This document shows positions 10,639-23,873 of a DNA stretch of 64,000 bases, piece by piece; positions within the stretch are counted from its first letter, which is position 1, and each line of letters opens with the position of its first letter. Below the pieces are notes generated by a model, which saw only the letters and a program-made list of their open reading frames with translations, ran no database searches and was not told the DNA's origin. The stretch is from Lingula anatina (lineage: Eukaryota; Animalia; Brachiopoda), in assembly GCA_051362555.1 (NCBI GenBank), contig CM120644.1, forward strand, positions 8,130,954 to 8,194,953, written 5' to 3'. Both the position numbers and the translations under genes were made by a program.

Positions 10639-12504
10639 CAATGATTCCAAAACAAATAACAGATAAACAAATAAAAAGATGACTAAAAGTCACGTCAACA
10701 TAATTTGCACCTGTTAGGATTTTCAAAATGAAATTCACAGACTGGCACTTAAAAATCAAATTTATGTGGTAACATTATGGGATTTGTTAGCTTATCATCT
10801 CAAGATATTTGTAATTTATTCATGCAGTATGTTTAAGGTTCCGCACTGCTACATGTACAACAATACCACACATCACAGATATCAATATTTATAAGAAATC
10901 GGGATGGCCCTTTTCTCACATACGACAACGCCCATATACTTAGTACTTTGTTTCTTAGTCATTAGTTTGAATGATTCACTTGAACACAAACTGCAGTCAA
11001 CAGTGAGTCCGACCAGAGAATATAAAAAGCAGAAATCAAAGGCAGAAAGACTGAGAAAATAAATAGGTATAGATAGGTATGTCGGGAAAGAATCTATTTT
11101 GAATCATTTTACAATGGCCATCATTTCCAAAATTTTTCTTTCGAACTCGCAAATCAAGAATGATTAAGAATGAATGGTTTAGCAAATATGGGTTTGTGGT
11201 CAAGCCTTGGCTTAATTATGCAGAAAAGAGCAGTTTCGATCGAATAAGATTTTTGACCTAGGAAACTAGCACTTCACCCATATGGCGGATAGTTTTAACA
11301 AAGGACCCCTATTGTTAAGGATAATCTACTCTGCTTTAGTCAATCTGCTTAGAACTTCTCCGAGACGCGAATATCGAGTCAATATTGAAATATTATATCG
11401 GCTAAGAGCAAATGATGGCATTAATAAAATAGTTCAATGAGACACACGTGACTCCGCAAAAATCTAAATGGCACAAGCTGTCATAGGGGTTAAGATCGAA
11501 GTCTTTGTTCAAAGAAAGTTTGCTTTAATATTAAACCTATATCTGTCATAGGTCATTGGTTTTGATAAATACTTATGGTTTTACAACCTCCTATTGGTGT
11601 CGAGCCTCAATTAAATGCTACTGCAAATGGCTTTGAACAAAAATGAATAAATAAATAGATAGGAATATCAAGAGAAAATGTACGTTTTAAAATAGAAATT
11701 AGTTCGCTCTTATATGAGAGCAAAAGAAAATCTTGCACGTAAATTGTTCGGAATAAATCACTGCCACCATCGGTCGTTCAAGACTGATACAATATCGTTA
11801 TATGAATAAGGCATGCTTCCATCTCATAAATAATCAAAGATCAGTACACCAGCTTGAAAAACTGTTTGAATCATATGTACGTTAAGCTGCAATGATATCT
11901 CAATATATGACTCCAACATCACTGGTGTGGATTAAAAACCCGCATTGGAATAAGCAAATAGATTTAATAGCAAATATGACTGATTTTGATCCACAATACA
12001 TACTCACCAACTGTGTCAATTTCTTTGTTTTAAATCAGATTTCTTAAAACAGGAAGTCAGGCTAAAGTCTTTTAAACAGGTTGATGTTAAAACGAACTCT
12101 CTATACCCGAAAGTGAAATTTGTAAATGTGTTTCCAGAACAGTAATAAAGCATCGTTAAGGTTGTTGGCAATATATTCACTGATTGATTTAGGAACATTC
12201 TGAGTCACGGTCATGATAAGAAATCTTTCTATCCGCGCTCCCTTACCCTGAGCAGTGCGATCATTGTCGAACACATTTCCACACAGAGGCACTTAAATCC
12301 AAATTTAATTTCTTACTGACCAAGTATAGATAATATAATGTAGTTTTTTAGTACTCGTAGCGTTAGCTATTTTCAACACAAAAAATAAAGAGGTTACGCG
12401 TTATATATTTTGTTTGGTACCAGTAGTTTTTCAGTCATGTACAATAAATTAGGTATAATATATATATATATATAGAGAGCGCCAATGTAGAGCTGCGAAA
12501 ACAC

Positions 12505-12545
<41 letters not shown>

Positions 12546-15500
12546 TTGTATACGGTCTCACAATACCTAATAATAGGGACACACTAGCCCGGAATTTCAA
12601 GCAGATTTGTGTCGAAATTACTTGTCTTATAAATTAACGCGACTTTGACCTCCATAACTAAAAAATAATTAGTCTTACCTTATCTTATTTCCTTTTTTAT
12701 TTCCTTTACTGTGGTTTCATGTAATCCTTAGTGTAACTTGACTGAAGAAATTCCGCCTTTATGTTCCAATGGCGTGTGACACTGAGACAGGCTCCTCGTA
12801 GTGTCCTCGCTTTAGATTATAGGGTTTCAAGGGTCTATCTTTGTAAGTGAGGCCATCGCATTTTACCTTAATATCTACATGGCGGAACACTGGCAAACAT
12901 CCTCGACTCATTCACCTGATTAATTTTTAATATTCATTTGTACATGAATTCTAACTAGTCTTTTGAATGCATTTATCTGTGCGGTTCATAGATGATAATA
13001 AAATATGCACACATGAAAGGGAACTTTACCAATGTCCTTTTTCTTTCTCTTGGCAGTTTCAAAACAATTCAGTATAGAAAGAGATGAATGCGCGGATTTG
13101 AAATATCTTTTGCAGTGGAGTATTTATGACGGTCTTTCAGCACTATAGTACAGCGTACATACCTTGAGATGTACGTAATACTAGAGATGTGTTTCCTCTC
13201 CCAGCTAGCTGCTGTTATTAAATTCTAATGTTTCAACTCCATTCATGTCCCTTAACAGCTGCGTTTTACGCTTTTCAATTATTTATTGGATGACAAAACC
13301 TGGTAAGCATCACAAGAGAAGACTTAAAACAAAATGCTGTTGTATTTAAGTATAAAAAAAGTTGTCAGTGTTATACAGGTATTAGGTTCACTATCCATGT
13401 CGTGTTCTTTTGAATCAGGTCGACTTAAAGATTGTGTGGGAGTAGCTCTTACTCTTTTTTTATTTGTCATAACCACTTAAACCGATATACCATTCGCAAA
13501 AAGCGTGATTCTATAACCGTAATGGGAATATATAAATTGATGAGACAAAAATTAAATGAATAAATAAATAAATAAATAATGGCCAGTCGTTCAGTATTAT
13601 AGTGGCATACATAACTTACTGTGAGATTAATCCTGCAACTCGTAATCACGCCTTCACTTGTTCTGTACTTAATCTGCATTTTTTTCAGGAATACATCAAA
13701 ATTATGTCCTAGGTAAAAGATTGCATGAATCGAGTATTTTGACACAGAAGAGTGGTAGACATTTTTCATATAATGGCATGCTATTTTGCCAGCTTGTGTT
13801 TACTTAGCACGAAAATTATACATCAAGCACCGCTATATGCGGAAAACTGTAGTCCCGAGATGTTCTGGTAGTCTTGGAGGCAGATAGACAGTCACATTAG
13901 TATTTTTCTGTATATACTAGAACGTTTCACCGGTCCAAAGCCAGCATACATGCTAGATATGTTTAATGTACAAGGGGGTTTTAACCACCATTGCATTATA
14001 TTATTACATCATAATTATAATCGCAACTGCTCTGAAACCTACATTGTGTTAGCGGAGATTCATGCGGCGATAGGTGAGAGAAGTGTACTCTTATAAACCA
14101 CTGTGATATGGTTTATTTATTTAAAAAACGCATCCGTATTAACTTGGTCTGCGGATCACAGCTTTCTGTTTCTTTCTAATCTGGCGTTTAGTAGTGCGTT
14201 TAAGACCATTATTTTCTAACTGACCTATAACAGCAGTTGTACTGCATGATTGGTGAGATAATAGTGCTTGTAGCGTTGGAGTCATTCTGGCGGTCATCGC
14301 ATATAAGGCAGTGGTGTAATGCCAGTGATGCTGTGAGGGAATACTTCGGGAAATTAAAGGCCATTGGTGGATGAAAAACAAACTTTGTTTGAATGAAAGT
14401 ATAAGACACGTGTCTAGCGTATATTGCGTGAAGGAAGCATGCAGTTTGGGAATACCCTTGTCTCCTCTTTCGACTGAATTGTAAACTATGATTTGTATTT
14501 TGTTTGTTTCTGATAGTTGAGCCCACTGCCTATATTATTTAACATCCCTGTTTTTCTCCAAGTCTCGAAGCTCCAAGTTCTTTGCAATTGGTAGTTCAAA
14601 TCATTTAAAAGACACGAGTTACAACACAACAATTTCTTATGCAAGCTAGAGCATTTATTGTAATCTGTCATAATAACAATTACAGCCAAACAAAAGAGAA
14701 AATCAATAAAATCTGAATAAATACAAATGAAAATTACTGACGGAAAGATACTCTCCAAACTGATAGATAAGCTACTAAACAATTATTCAAACCTTCCCCA
14801 CTTTAATAAGTCAATAACATTAAAGAATTTTATACGATATTATTCTGAATAATTATTTAAAAGAAAATCCGAAAAAAAATTGTACCATGTGGTCCATATA
14901 CTTTTCTTCGAGAACGAACGTGCTTATTTATCATGAACAAAAATACTGAAAATAACCAATAATAAAATAATCATTAGTTACCCAATTAATAAATAATAAG
15001 ATAAGGTAATTAACTGAATTTAACTGAAGATAATAAATAAATAAATGATGAAAACCAGCAAATCAAATTAAATGAAATAGGTTGTGGAAAAATTTACCAC
15101 GGGTACCATTTATAGGAAACTACATAAAATACATAAAATGCATGATTTGGGTCTCAAAATATTACATGTACTACGTAAAACCTAGTTGCAGTTGTAATTA
15201 TATCTAGTCTTTGATGTGAAAAAGAATTTGATGCACGCACATGCACACTTGTAAATATCCAAAATTGTCCACTTACACGCAAGTAAATTATACACCCAGT
15301 AGTATATTAAAACTTAGTGGGGAACTCTAAGCCAACGTGTCTAGCAACTGCCCGTTCTAGCAATGCGTTTTCTTTTAGAGCTACCCAGCTTCCAAGACAG
15401 AGACGACGGGCTCCATGTCCTTCTTTTTCCCCAGGTCCATCTCCACTTCTAATACGAAATAAATCAAATTGGAATATGAAATGACTCAAAATTAAATGAA

Positions 15501-18500
15501 AATGTAATTAAAAGTATTCAAGATGAATCCAGACTATCCTTAAAGGGTTAGAAACTCTTATTTTACGGGGGAAATCTGCGATAAAAGGTTTTCTTCCTGG
15601 GGTAAACAGGGTAAACAATTCTAATACTTTCAAATGGTTAATGAATCCCTTCTGAAATTCATAGTTGGTCGATTGTTTTTAGTGTTTATTGTAAAAAATC
15701 TCTTTTGTCACTGTTACGGAGAATAGCCACCTATGAAGGTTCATGTGGTCCATGGCCAGCACAGATTTCAGAAATATTACAATAACCGCCTTTTTGATGG
15801 TCAAATGGAATTTGAATTATATACATTTCTGTTTGTTGCTTACATTGTATTTATTGTGGACATTTGGATCTCATATGAATAGTTGTTATCTCTTTAAGTT
15901 ATCAAATTGATGTAAGCCAAGGTAAAGCCAAGGCGAGTGAAAGTGGATTCGATCGCATATATATGAAATAAAATCAAAGTACATATACATCAATTCACAA
16001 CTTACCCAGAATCTCCAACTTTTAATCTTAAACTTAGTTCTAAGTTGATACCAAGCTTTAACGTTAATCTTCATAGGGTCGTGCCCGTGGTAGAACGAGA
16101 AACAAAGCCCCGGATAGAGCTTCCCCTCTCCTTCAACAAGGTAATTGAGGGTGACGCCGATGTCAATCCCACCGCGGGCCACTGCCTGGAATCAACGTAT
16201 GAAAAATTTGTGGAATCAAATATTGGAATAAATTAACTTGTAGATTAAGAGTATCGCAACTTTACAATCGTTTTGCTCAGATTTCAACAACAACCAGCGG
16301 TCGATATCATGCAGCACGTTTCGCCTGTTTTTATAATTCTAGTCATTTAAATTGACTGAGCACACTTTACTTGCACGTTTATTTCCCCAAACATCTACAA
16401 TATTGCTTATGTTTGGAGAAATAACTGTATTGGCCTCTTTAATATTTTAATGCGTCTGTAAAATAAAAAAAATGTCACTTTTCAAAGTCTGAACCATTTA
16501 ATCGTAATCATGATCAAAATCTTACTCTTAATTATTTTACCATTTACACACATATACATGTTGCAAATACTTACAAGCAAATTAGCTGAGCCTCCACCAG
16601 ATATTCGGGCACTTGCTTTTATAATCATCGTCAGACAGTGGGAGCAGGGATCAGATGACTTAGCACAATAGATTGCCGTGACACGAATGTCCACCCTAGG
16701 GGCCAAGGTAATGGTAACGGAGATTTTAGCGACGTAGATGAAAAAGCTGAACACGTTGATGGATTTAGGTGATGGTTTGTAAACTGGGAAGTTTCTGTTC
16801 ACCGAGCCAGATGTGTCTACGTTCACCACAGTCTTCCCGTAGACTATGAGATAGACCCTTGTTCTAATTCTGCTAGTTTTATAACGATAGACTATTGTGA
16901 TTGCAAGTGTAATCCGTTTGGAGAAAACTTTAAGTTTGGCGATTGACTTGCCGTACGCTTTGCAGTATCTTCGCTTTTTATTTCTACCGGCAAACACACC
17001 AGACTTGATATAGATGTTTGCTTTCGAAGGACCGTAACTGATGTGTGAAAGGCAGTGCTTGTTTTCTGGGTACAGGGAATTATCACTTGAGAACTGGCCT
17101 GAACTTAATAAATCTGAATACCGTGAGCCGTGGGTGCTCCAAGAACGGCAACTTACATGGTTGACACCTCTTTTAGTGCGCGTAGAATTCACCATCTCAT
17201 AAGTCTCAATAAGATTACCAAAGGGCACACCTTTAAGTTGCAGATACTCCTTAATGTCTGAAAATGCGCACTCATATCTTATATCTGCCATAAGAAGTGC
17301 ATTGAGAAGGATTCTGTCTACCTCTGTTTGACCTGCATTGGGCCATGCCTTGTTTTTGGTATCCAGTACCTTTCTATAGGCAAGTTCGCCTTTGATGGTC
17401 ACAACAGCAGCTTCGCGTAATTCACAGGTGGATGTTCGACGAGTCAGCAAATCTACTAGCCATTTCTGAACCGACTAAACGTGAAAGTTTCTTCTCAGAG
17501 CGTGAATGCAACCCATTTCTATCTCTTCCAACTGTCCTTCCTTTTTAGCAATTGCTAACACATCCGGTATTATTCTGTTGTCTCCAAAGTTACCTATAGC
17601 CTCAAGAGCGTCACTGATTTGTACTGTGTTGTTATTTTTGTCGCCTGATTGGAGATGGCGTCGAAGAAGATCCACCAATTCTGACCGGAAGCCAGTGCTG
17701 GTAGTTTCCTTCGAGGCGAGGGAGCCGAGGGCAAGTATGACGTGACTTTGGGATGGATCACCTTGAGAGGACAGCGTTTTCCAGAGTGTCTTGACTGTGG
17801 TTAAGATGTGGTTTGTGGGTTTGGCAATAAAGGACAACTTCTGTACAAGTTCCTGCTTTTGGTCGGCAGCAAGGGGGTGATACTGGACCAAACTGGACAG
17901 TGTCTAAAATAAAGACTTGTGACTTTGTGGTACTTTTTAAGGTAAATTTCCGTATAAAATTCCCCCAAAATGGAATTTTGTCACTTTGTTCAATAGGCTC
18001 TACTGTAAACAAAATCACGATGGTAGATTAGTTCCGCTTTTTTCAGTACACATTTTAAAGGTAAAAGCAGACCTTTGAGGATGGAGGATAGTTAAAACAA
18101 GTACAAAAGCCATTCCAAAGTAATAAAGTTACTATGATACTTAATATTCTCCGCGTTACCTTTTCGGCTTCTTTGCCCCCAGCGGTGATGTAAAGGTCCA
18201 AAATTTCTTTGCAAATTTCCCAATTTGATGAACACTTGGAAACCATCTAAAATGGAAGGATGTCTATAAGCAGAATGTCTCTATACCAAACCCATTAATG
18301 ATTTGTTTAGGTAGAAAATAGATTCACCTTAGGTAAAAACATAGTGAAATCGTCAATCCTTAAAGCAATATTTCAAAATATATAAGTATGATGTTTCACA
18401 GCTATTTAAGCGTTTTCAGAAATAAAAAGGAAAAGGATGACACAGGCAAAAAGCTGACTAGGGGATCAGCTCCATCTTCGGTATGACGCACCCATGGCAA

Positions 18501-18641
18501 ATAGTCTCTTTAATAGGCCACTGTCACTACTTTAAATAATATTTGTGTCTAAATTCAAATACCATCAATGGTGTAAAAATGATATTCTCTGTTGAGCAGG
18601 TTTCTTGATATTGTAAACGAGAGTGTGACATTTTGACCAGT

Positions 18642-19382
18642 CTAGGTTACCACTTAATATGGAATATTATTTTTGGCGAGTAAATTCTTTACAAAATATT
18701 TAATTTCCCTCTAACTATTTTAAATCTAAAACTGAGGTGTCACTCCATGTGTAGCCAGGTGTGTTACCTAATTACCACGTAACTCTTGAAACAATTGATG
18801 CATGTAGTTGCATGTTCTGTGGTCAGAAATGTGAGGGGTGGTCTTTTCGACAATTTCTACCCTTGTATAAAAAGGCATGGATTTGGCCAATCTTTGGAGT
18901 GTGTTTAGAGAAGCAACAAAGGGATCGCTTTGAAACTTAACAGGTACCTTAGTGAAGATATGGTTCGACATCTAAGCAACGCAGCTTACTATGTGATTCT
19001 TGCTCTCAGGGAAAATGGTCAGAAACGGACAGCCATTGCCAGACAATTCAACATTTTTTCAGGAACCGTTAGTAAAGTCCTCCAAAGAATAGCTACAACA
19101 GGGGCACCTACTCCAATACTTTCACCAGGGTGTCCACGTATTACACCAATAAGACAGGATCGCCTTCTCCTTAGAGTGCGTGGTGCTGGTCGTACAAAGA
19201 CAACCAGTGTCCTCAGAAAAGAGTGGCAGAATGTCTTTCAAACGCCCGTTTCAAGGCCCCTCGTGAACAAGAGATTACTGTACCTAATGGCATACTTTTA
19301 TGATGAATCAAGCCAAAAAGAAAATTAATCATCACTCAAAAACAACAATGATAAAAATATTCCATATTAAGTAGCAACCCTG
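18642..19382 (+). mobile_element. Internally deleted Tc1-family transposon in copy A intron 9
   Basis: Inverted ends GGTTACCACTTAATATGGAATATT / AATATTCCATATTAAGTAGCAACC followed by TG-TA. ORF from 18960 encodes only the N-terminal HTH region (AIARQFNI..TVSKVLQR..GCPRIT..QDRLL, GRPR-like linker). Absent from copy B at ~52685. Confidence 0.85.
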
Positions 19383-22012
19383 TATATATGTCAAGTGATA
19401 ACTAAACAAGTAAGAGAAAGATTTTAAAATATTACTGAAGGCAAACCTCTTTTGTAACTTGTATCAGTTGCTTAACCAAGGCCGGCTTGTTGGCGGCTGC
19501 AGAAGTTGCGTTGTTGTGTGCCATCCCGAGTTCATTTTCCAAGGACAGGATTTCGTTCACTTCGTGTAGTGAAAAAAAAAAAAAAATCCGGTCAGTATGT
19601 GAAGGTCCATAAGTTTGACATTGGCGATTAGTGGACTTACAGGTATCCCCTTCTCTCCCTTTTCCGAATTTTCCACATGTGTGCTCTGCACATAATTGTA
19701 ATACATTTATCTACTTCACAGAAACACTAACTCTCAGCACAAGTACATGATAGCGAATGACAGTATCTTTCTCAACCAGAAGCACTGATAAACACGTCTT
19801 CTACGGGCATTTTAATCGATTTTGCTCAGAAACAATCTCTCCAAAAGGATAAATTAACACTATAATACATACATTTTGACGTATCTGTTGGATCTTTCAT
19901 GAAGTTTGTCACAGCTTGACCTAGCTTATCCTCCTCGTCGAACTTTTTCCTCAGAATGGTCCATCTTTGGTACACACCAGACACTGAAATAGGTTAAATA
20001 TAGTGCAGTACACGCCGACTTGTGTAAAAAAAGTTGATACAGGTATTATAAAATGAAAGAAATACTCACTAATTAGAAATTAGTGCACAAATCAGATATG
20101 TTATATCTCATTGCTATTTTGTTCACTATGTATTTTGTAAAAACAAATACCCTAGCTGGTATAAAAACATACTTGTAGAGTAAAGAGCCCATAAAGGTGA
20201 TTTGTACACATTTAGTGCTTAATAAAATTATTATTATTATTATTATCATTATAACTATTATTATTATAGTCTTTCTCAGAACTGTAGTTCCCTTATAACA
20301 TAGGCTAATCAGTAACATATTTTTTATAATAAAAAGAAAGAGCACGGGTAGATCCTACGATGGATAGAAGCCGCTCACTTAGCTTTTAAGTTGCACACCC
20401 TTCTTTCCCTCTCCTCTCGTAAAATGATTTACCGTCAGCATGGAACAATATCAAGTGATTTTCATCGATACATACTAACGTGCTTGCCTACTATCTTATT
20501 TACAGAACGAAGTGGGACTAATTCCTATATACCTGTATCCCTCGATAGTTAACTCCTGGATTCGCCCATATAAAATCTAAGCTGTTATCTTGAGTAAATT
20601 CTCAAAGCTATCGCCTGTAAGACACAGCTGGCGATTTTTTTTTGGAATTTATTTGTCTGTTGGCAAACTTAAAATTTAATGTCAAAAATGTTAACTTCAA
20701 AAATTTATTTTTATTTTGATGAGCATATTACTAGAAGCTGGTACACTTACCCTCATATTCTCCGATCAAGGATCGTTTCTGGAATTGAGCGTTAACTGCC
20801 GCTTCCATTCTTTGAACGCCTTTAACGGAACGCTTTACGTGCTTACGCAAGGTCAACGTGAAGGTCACGTTAGAGGTCAAATATGCCCCAAGATCAATAT
20901 TACCCCCTTCCTCAGGGGTGATAGACTCATCCTGAAGGAATAAATGAACGATGCTATAAAGTATAATAATTCATGATTACTTAGAGCCGTTATTATTCGT
21001 ATTCAGTTTTGTACCATTCCGTCTATATATTACAGTTATATGTAGTCCGCTAATACAACGCACATTTCCACCTTGTTATGCAAAATGAATATAAAATTTT
21101 TCGTACACTGTATTAATTTATTGTCCATGATCTCCATTTTACCTGACGGGCGATCTTAAACCAATCAGTAATCGATTGTCCCAAAATATCATGTAGATGA
21201 TATGAAAGGCTTCCAAAATTGTCATTTCACATAACTATAAAGCCAATATGTCATACTTCGTTATACCTATTGTGCGGCTATCAATCAAATCATATCTACC
21301 TGATCTTCGGGTTTGTCAAACACCTGTAAGTGTCCGGAGACGCTGGTCAGTATACCTCCACTAACACGCTGGACTTCATCTGTCTCGATGTCCACTTCGT
21401 CGGTGTCCAAGTCAGTATTATCCTCCGCATAGATGTCCTTGGAGGAAAAATGCTTCTTAATTTCTATTTCCCCAAACTGCAGCTCTGTTGACCTAGGATA
21501 AAAGAAGTGATATTGGTAATGTTATAGTTATAATAACAATATGTTATAAACTGAATGGCATCAGCAACACAAAGGAAACAAAGTGTGATAAACAGAAATC
21601 ATATATATGAATTTGAAAGGCTATTTTACATTTGATTATTATAAAAAAGCATGGAAAGGACAACGCAAAAATTAATAATAAATAAATAAATAAACATTAG
21701 GTAAATCAACCTATAAAGATGTAATGAGATTTTTCTTGTCAGTTGCATTGTTATTTTTTGTTTGCCTTCATCATGCACATTGCACACATATATAGGACAA
21801 TTTATTAATAATGTACTTACATGTAGCGTGAGTTGTGTTTCCCCATGACGTCCGTCTCTATGACATTTTCTTTGTCACGCACCAAATTCGTTTGAAGTAC
21901 CGATAAAATGGAGCGCTTAAAATTCATGACATCTGTATTTCCTAAAACAAATTAGGGGAGCTTAGTGCAGGTTCAGATGTATCAGATGTATTAATAAAGG
22001 GAAACTCACTTA

Positions 22013-22267
22013 AGCTTCGTTCACATGCAATGTCTATTTTCTAAATTCTATTTTCTATTCGCGCTATCTTATGATCACGGTCTGTGCCCTGAATATCCCG
22101 CGGCGTAATTACTGGCAGCGTGAGCCAGTTACTATAAGTTAGTATAAGTAACTGGCTCGCGCTGCCAGTAATTACGCGGCGGGATATTCAGGGCACAGAC
22201 CGTGATCATAAGATAGCGCGAATAGAAAATAGAATTTAGAAAATAGACATTGCACGTGAACGAAGCC
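22013..22267. mobile_element. Near-perfect palindromic MITE (~255 bp), PIF/Harbinger-like
   Basis: Two ~120-bp arms are reverse complements; TWA flanks; same family as 26839-27095; absent from the copy B intron at ~55700. Confidence 0.85.
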
Positions 22268-22359
22268 TAAGTATGCTTTTAAACGAAGTGACATAGCCAT
22301 CTAATGACTATCAGATTTACAGCGCATGCTTTATTTTTGTGAGCATGTGCGTGTGTCTA

Positions 22360-22601
22360 TGGGACCACTCCCACATATATTTGGATCGATCTATCTCCCT
22401 GGGGAGTTTCACGAAATTGCTGTCAACTTGACCGCCTTAAATATCCGTCACGCCTAGTAAAACTGTTAGGAGGTAATTATCTTTGCCTCCTAGGTGATTC
22501 GATAGGCGTGACAGACAGAAAACCGGTAATTTGATTGCAATAAGGGAGACTCCCCAGAGAGTTGGGTCGATCCAGATGGATCGATCTAAGTATGGGAACC
22601 C
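22360..22601. mobile_element. Degenerate inverted-repeat element (MITE-like) in copy A intron 4
   Basis: Imperfect arms TGGATCGATCTATCTCCCTGGGGAGTTTC / GAGACTCCCCAGAGAGTTGGGTCGATCCA and inner GTCACGCCTA / TAGGCGTGAC; GTCTATG on both sides; absent from copy B. Confidence 0.55.
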
Positions 22602-23279
22602 AGTCTATGTGTGATTATGGTGAAAGGGCTATCTGAGAGCAAAGGCACATGCTCCCACCCCAATATTTCCGAGAGAATTTTATTATTATTTTAAGACAAG
22701 TTTTATTCAGGTTGAGGTATGTGGCTTATGGAAAATCTAAGAAAAAAGTTGTCCCTGTTTGCCGTCTTACCTAAATCTTTCTTGGTAAACCTAGCCTCGG
22801 CAATAGTTCCGTTCCCCAGTTGAACAAACCAGGTAGGCTGGTCATACAGGTCGTCAGCAGACAGGGGAGCCTCGGACTGGGAGGTCGTGCTATTGAAATG
22901 GACATGAATATGTATATACAGTATATATCCCCACGCATACAACGAACTTAATGATTTTTTTTTTTGTAAACTACATATTATTTTGACTTTTGTTGATTGA
23001 AACGCTCCTCACCCATTTCCCTTTATCACTTGCACAAAAACATTGCGCATAAACATGAGGAAGGACGATGCGTTGTTATCAAGGTAGTTTCCAAAGCCAT
23101 CTGAAAAACAAGCAGTGCGTCAACATCCAAAACCGATTTTACTTTCAAGTGCTACACCTTGAAATGTTTTCCAACAACAGTGACCTTAAGCAAAAGTATG
23201 TGCTTAGTTTACCTGTGCATGAGGTAAGAAAGCTATTGACTTATTACCGTTAACAAGTATCTTAAAAAGAAAATTACGT

Positions 23280-23286
23280 AAAAAAA

Positions 23287-23373
<87 letters not shown>
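23280..23373. repeat. Poly(A) + (TA)n microsatellite, representative of many simple repeats in the window
   Basis: Similar tracts at ~346-408, 12507-12542 (GA), 25966-26065, 32256-32412, 35127-35177, 53400-53447, 56083-56133, 57123-57170, 60518-60699 and 63119-63167. Confidence 0.95.
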
Positions 23374-23375
<2 letters not shown>

Positions 23376-23428
23376 CGGCATGTATACATGCATCGACTCG
23401 GCGGTCGTTTTATCAAATAATATTACAA

Positions 23429-23873
23429 CTATTATGGTTCAGAGACCTGGGCACTAAATGCCTCCATGGAACACAAGCTACAAGTAGCTCAGAGAAAGAT
23501 GGAAAGAATTATGTTGAACATCAATCCAAGAGAGCGGAAAACGAATGTATGGTTACGTGAACAGACCAAAGTTAAGGACGCACTGCTCACAGTTAAAGAA
23601 ATGAAATGGAGGTGGGCAGGACATGTCAAAAGAATGAAGGACAATAGGTGGACAATCAGGCTTACAGAATGGACCCCAAGGTATGGACAAAGAAAAAGAG
23701 GAAGGCCGGTCAAACGATGGAGGGATGAATTAGATGACTACTGGAAGTCTTGGAAGAAGAAACCTTGGCCAAACTGGAAATCTGAGGCTCAGGATAGGAA
23801 ACAATGGAAAAAGCATGCTGAGGCCTTTGTCCAACAGTGGAACACTATAGGCTCTAAATGATGATGACGATGA
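23429..23873 (+). mobile_element. 5'-truncated RTE-clade LINE fragment in copy A intron 2
   Basis: Encodes YGSETW..QRKMERIML..KWRWAGHVKRM..W.P..GQRKRGRPVKRW (RTE ORF C-terminus) and ends in a (GAT/ATG)n tail. Empty site in copy B at ~56500. Confidence 0.85.

Noticed and set aside
14209-14526. Minus-strand 105/95-aa ORF shared with 48257-48544 as a gene
   Set aside because: GTG start, different stop positions in the two copies and no motif; sharing is explained by DNA near-identity. The block itself is reported as a finding.
15307-15489. ORF-track translation SGDGPGEKEGHG.. as the last exon product
   Set aside because: The splice phase (phase 0 after ..WRFW) selects the KWRWTWG frame, whose terminal GSC-stop is conserved in A, B and C.
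17475-17477. Programmed stop-codon readthrough or recoding at the copy A TAG
   Set aside because: It is a single G>T change relative to copy B, there is no recognisable readthrough context, and an independent splice lesion exists in the same copy.
23204-23416. ORFs with [16 protein letters not shown] or SLSL runs (also ~10496, 12394, 25852, 32246, 55942, 60490)
   Set aside because: These are translations of microsatellites.
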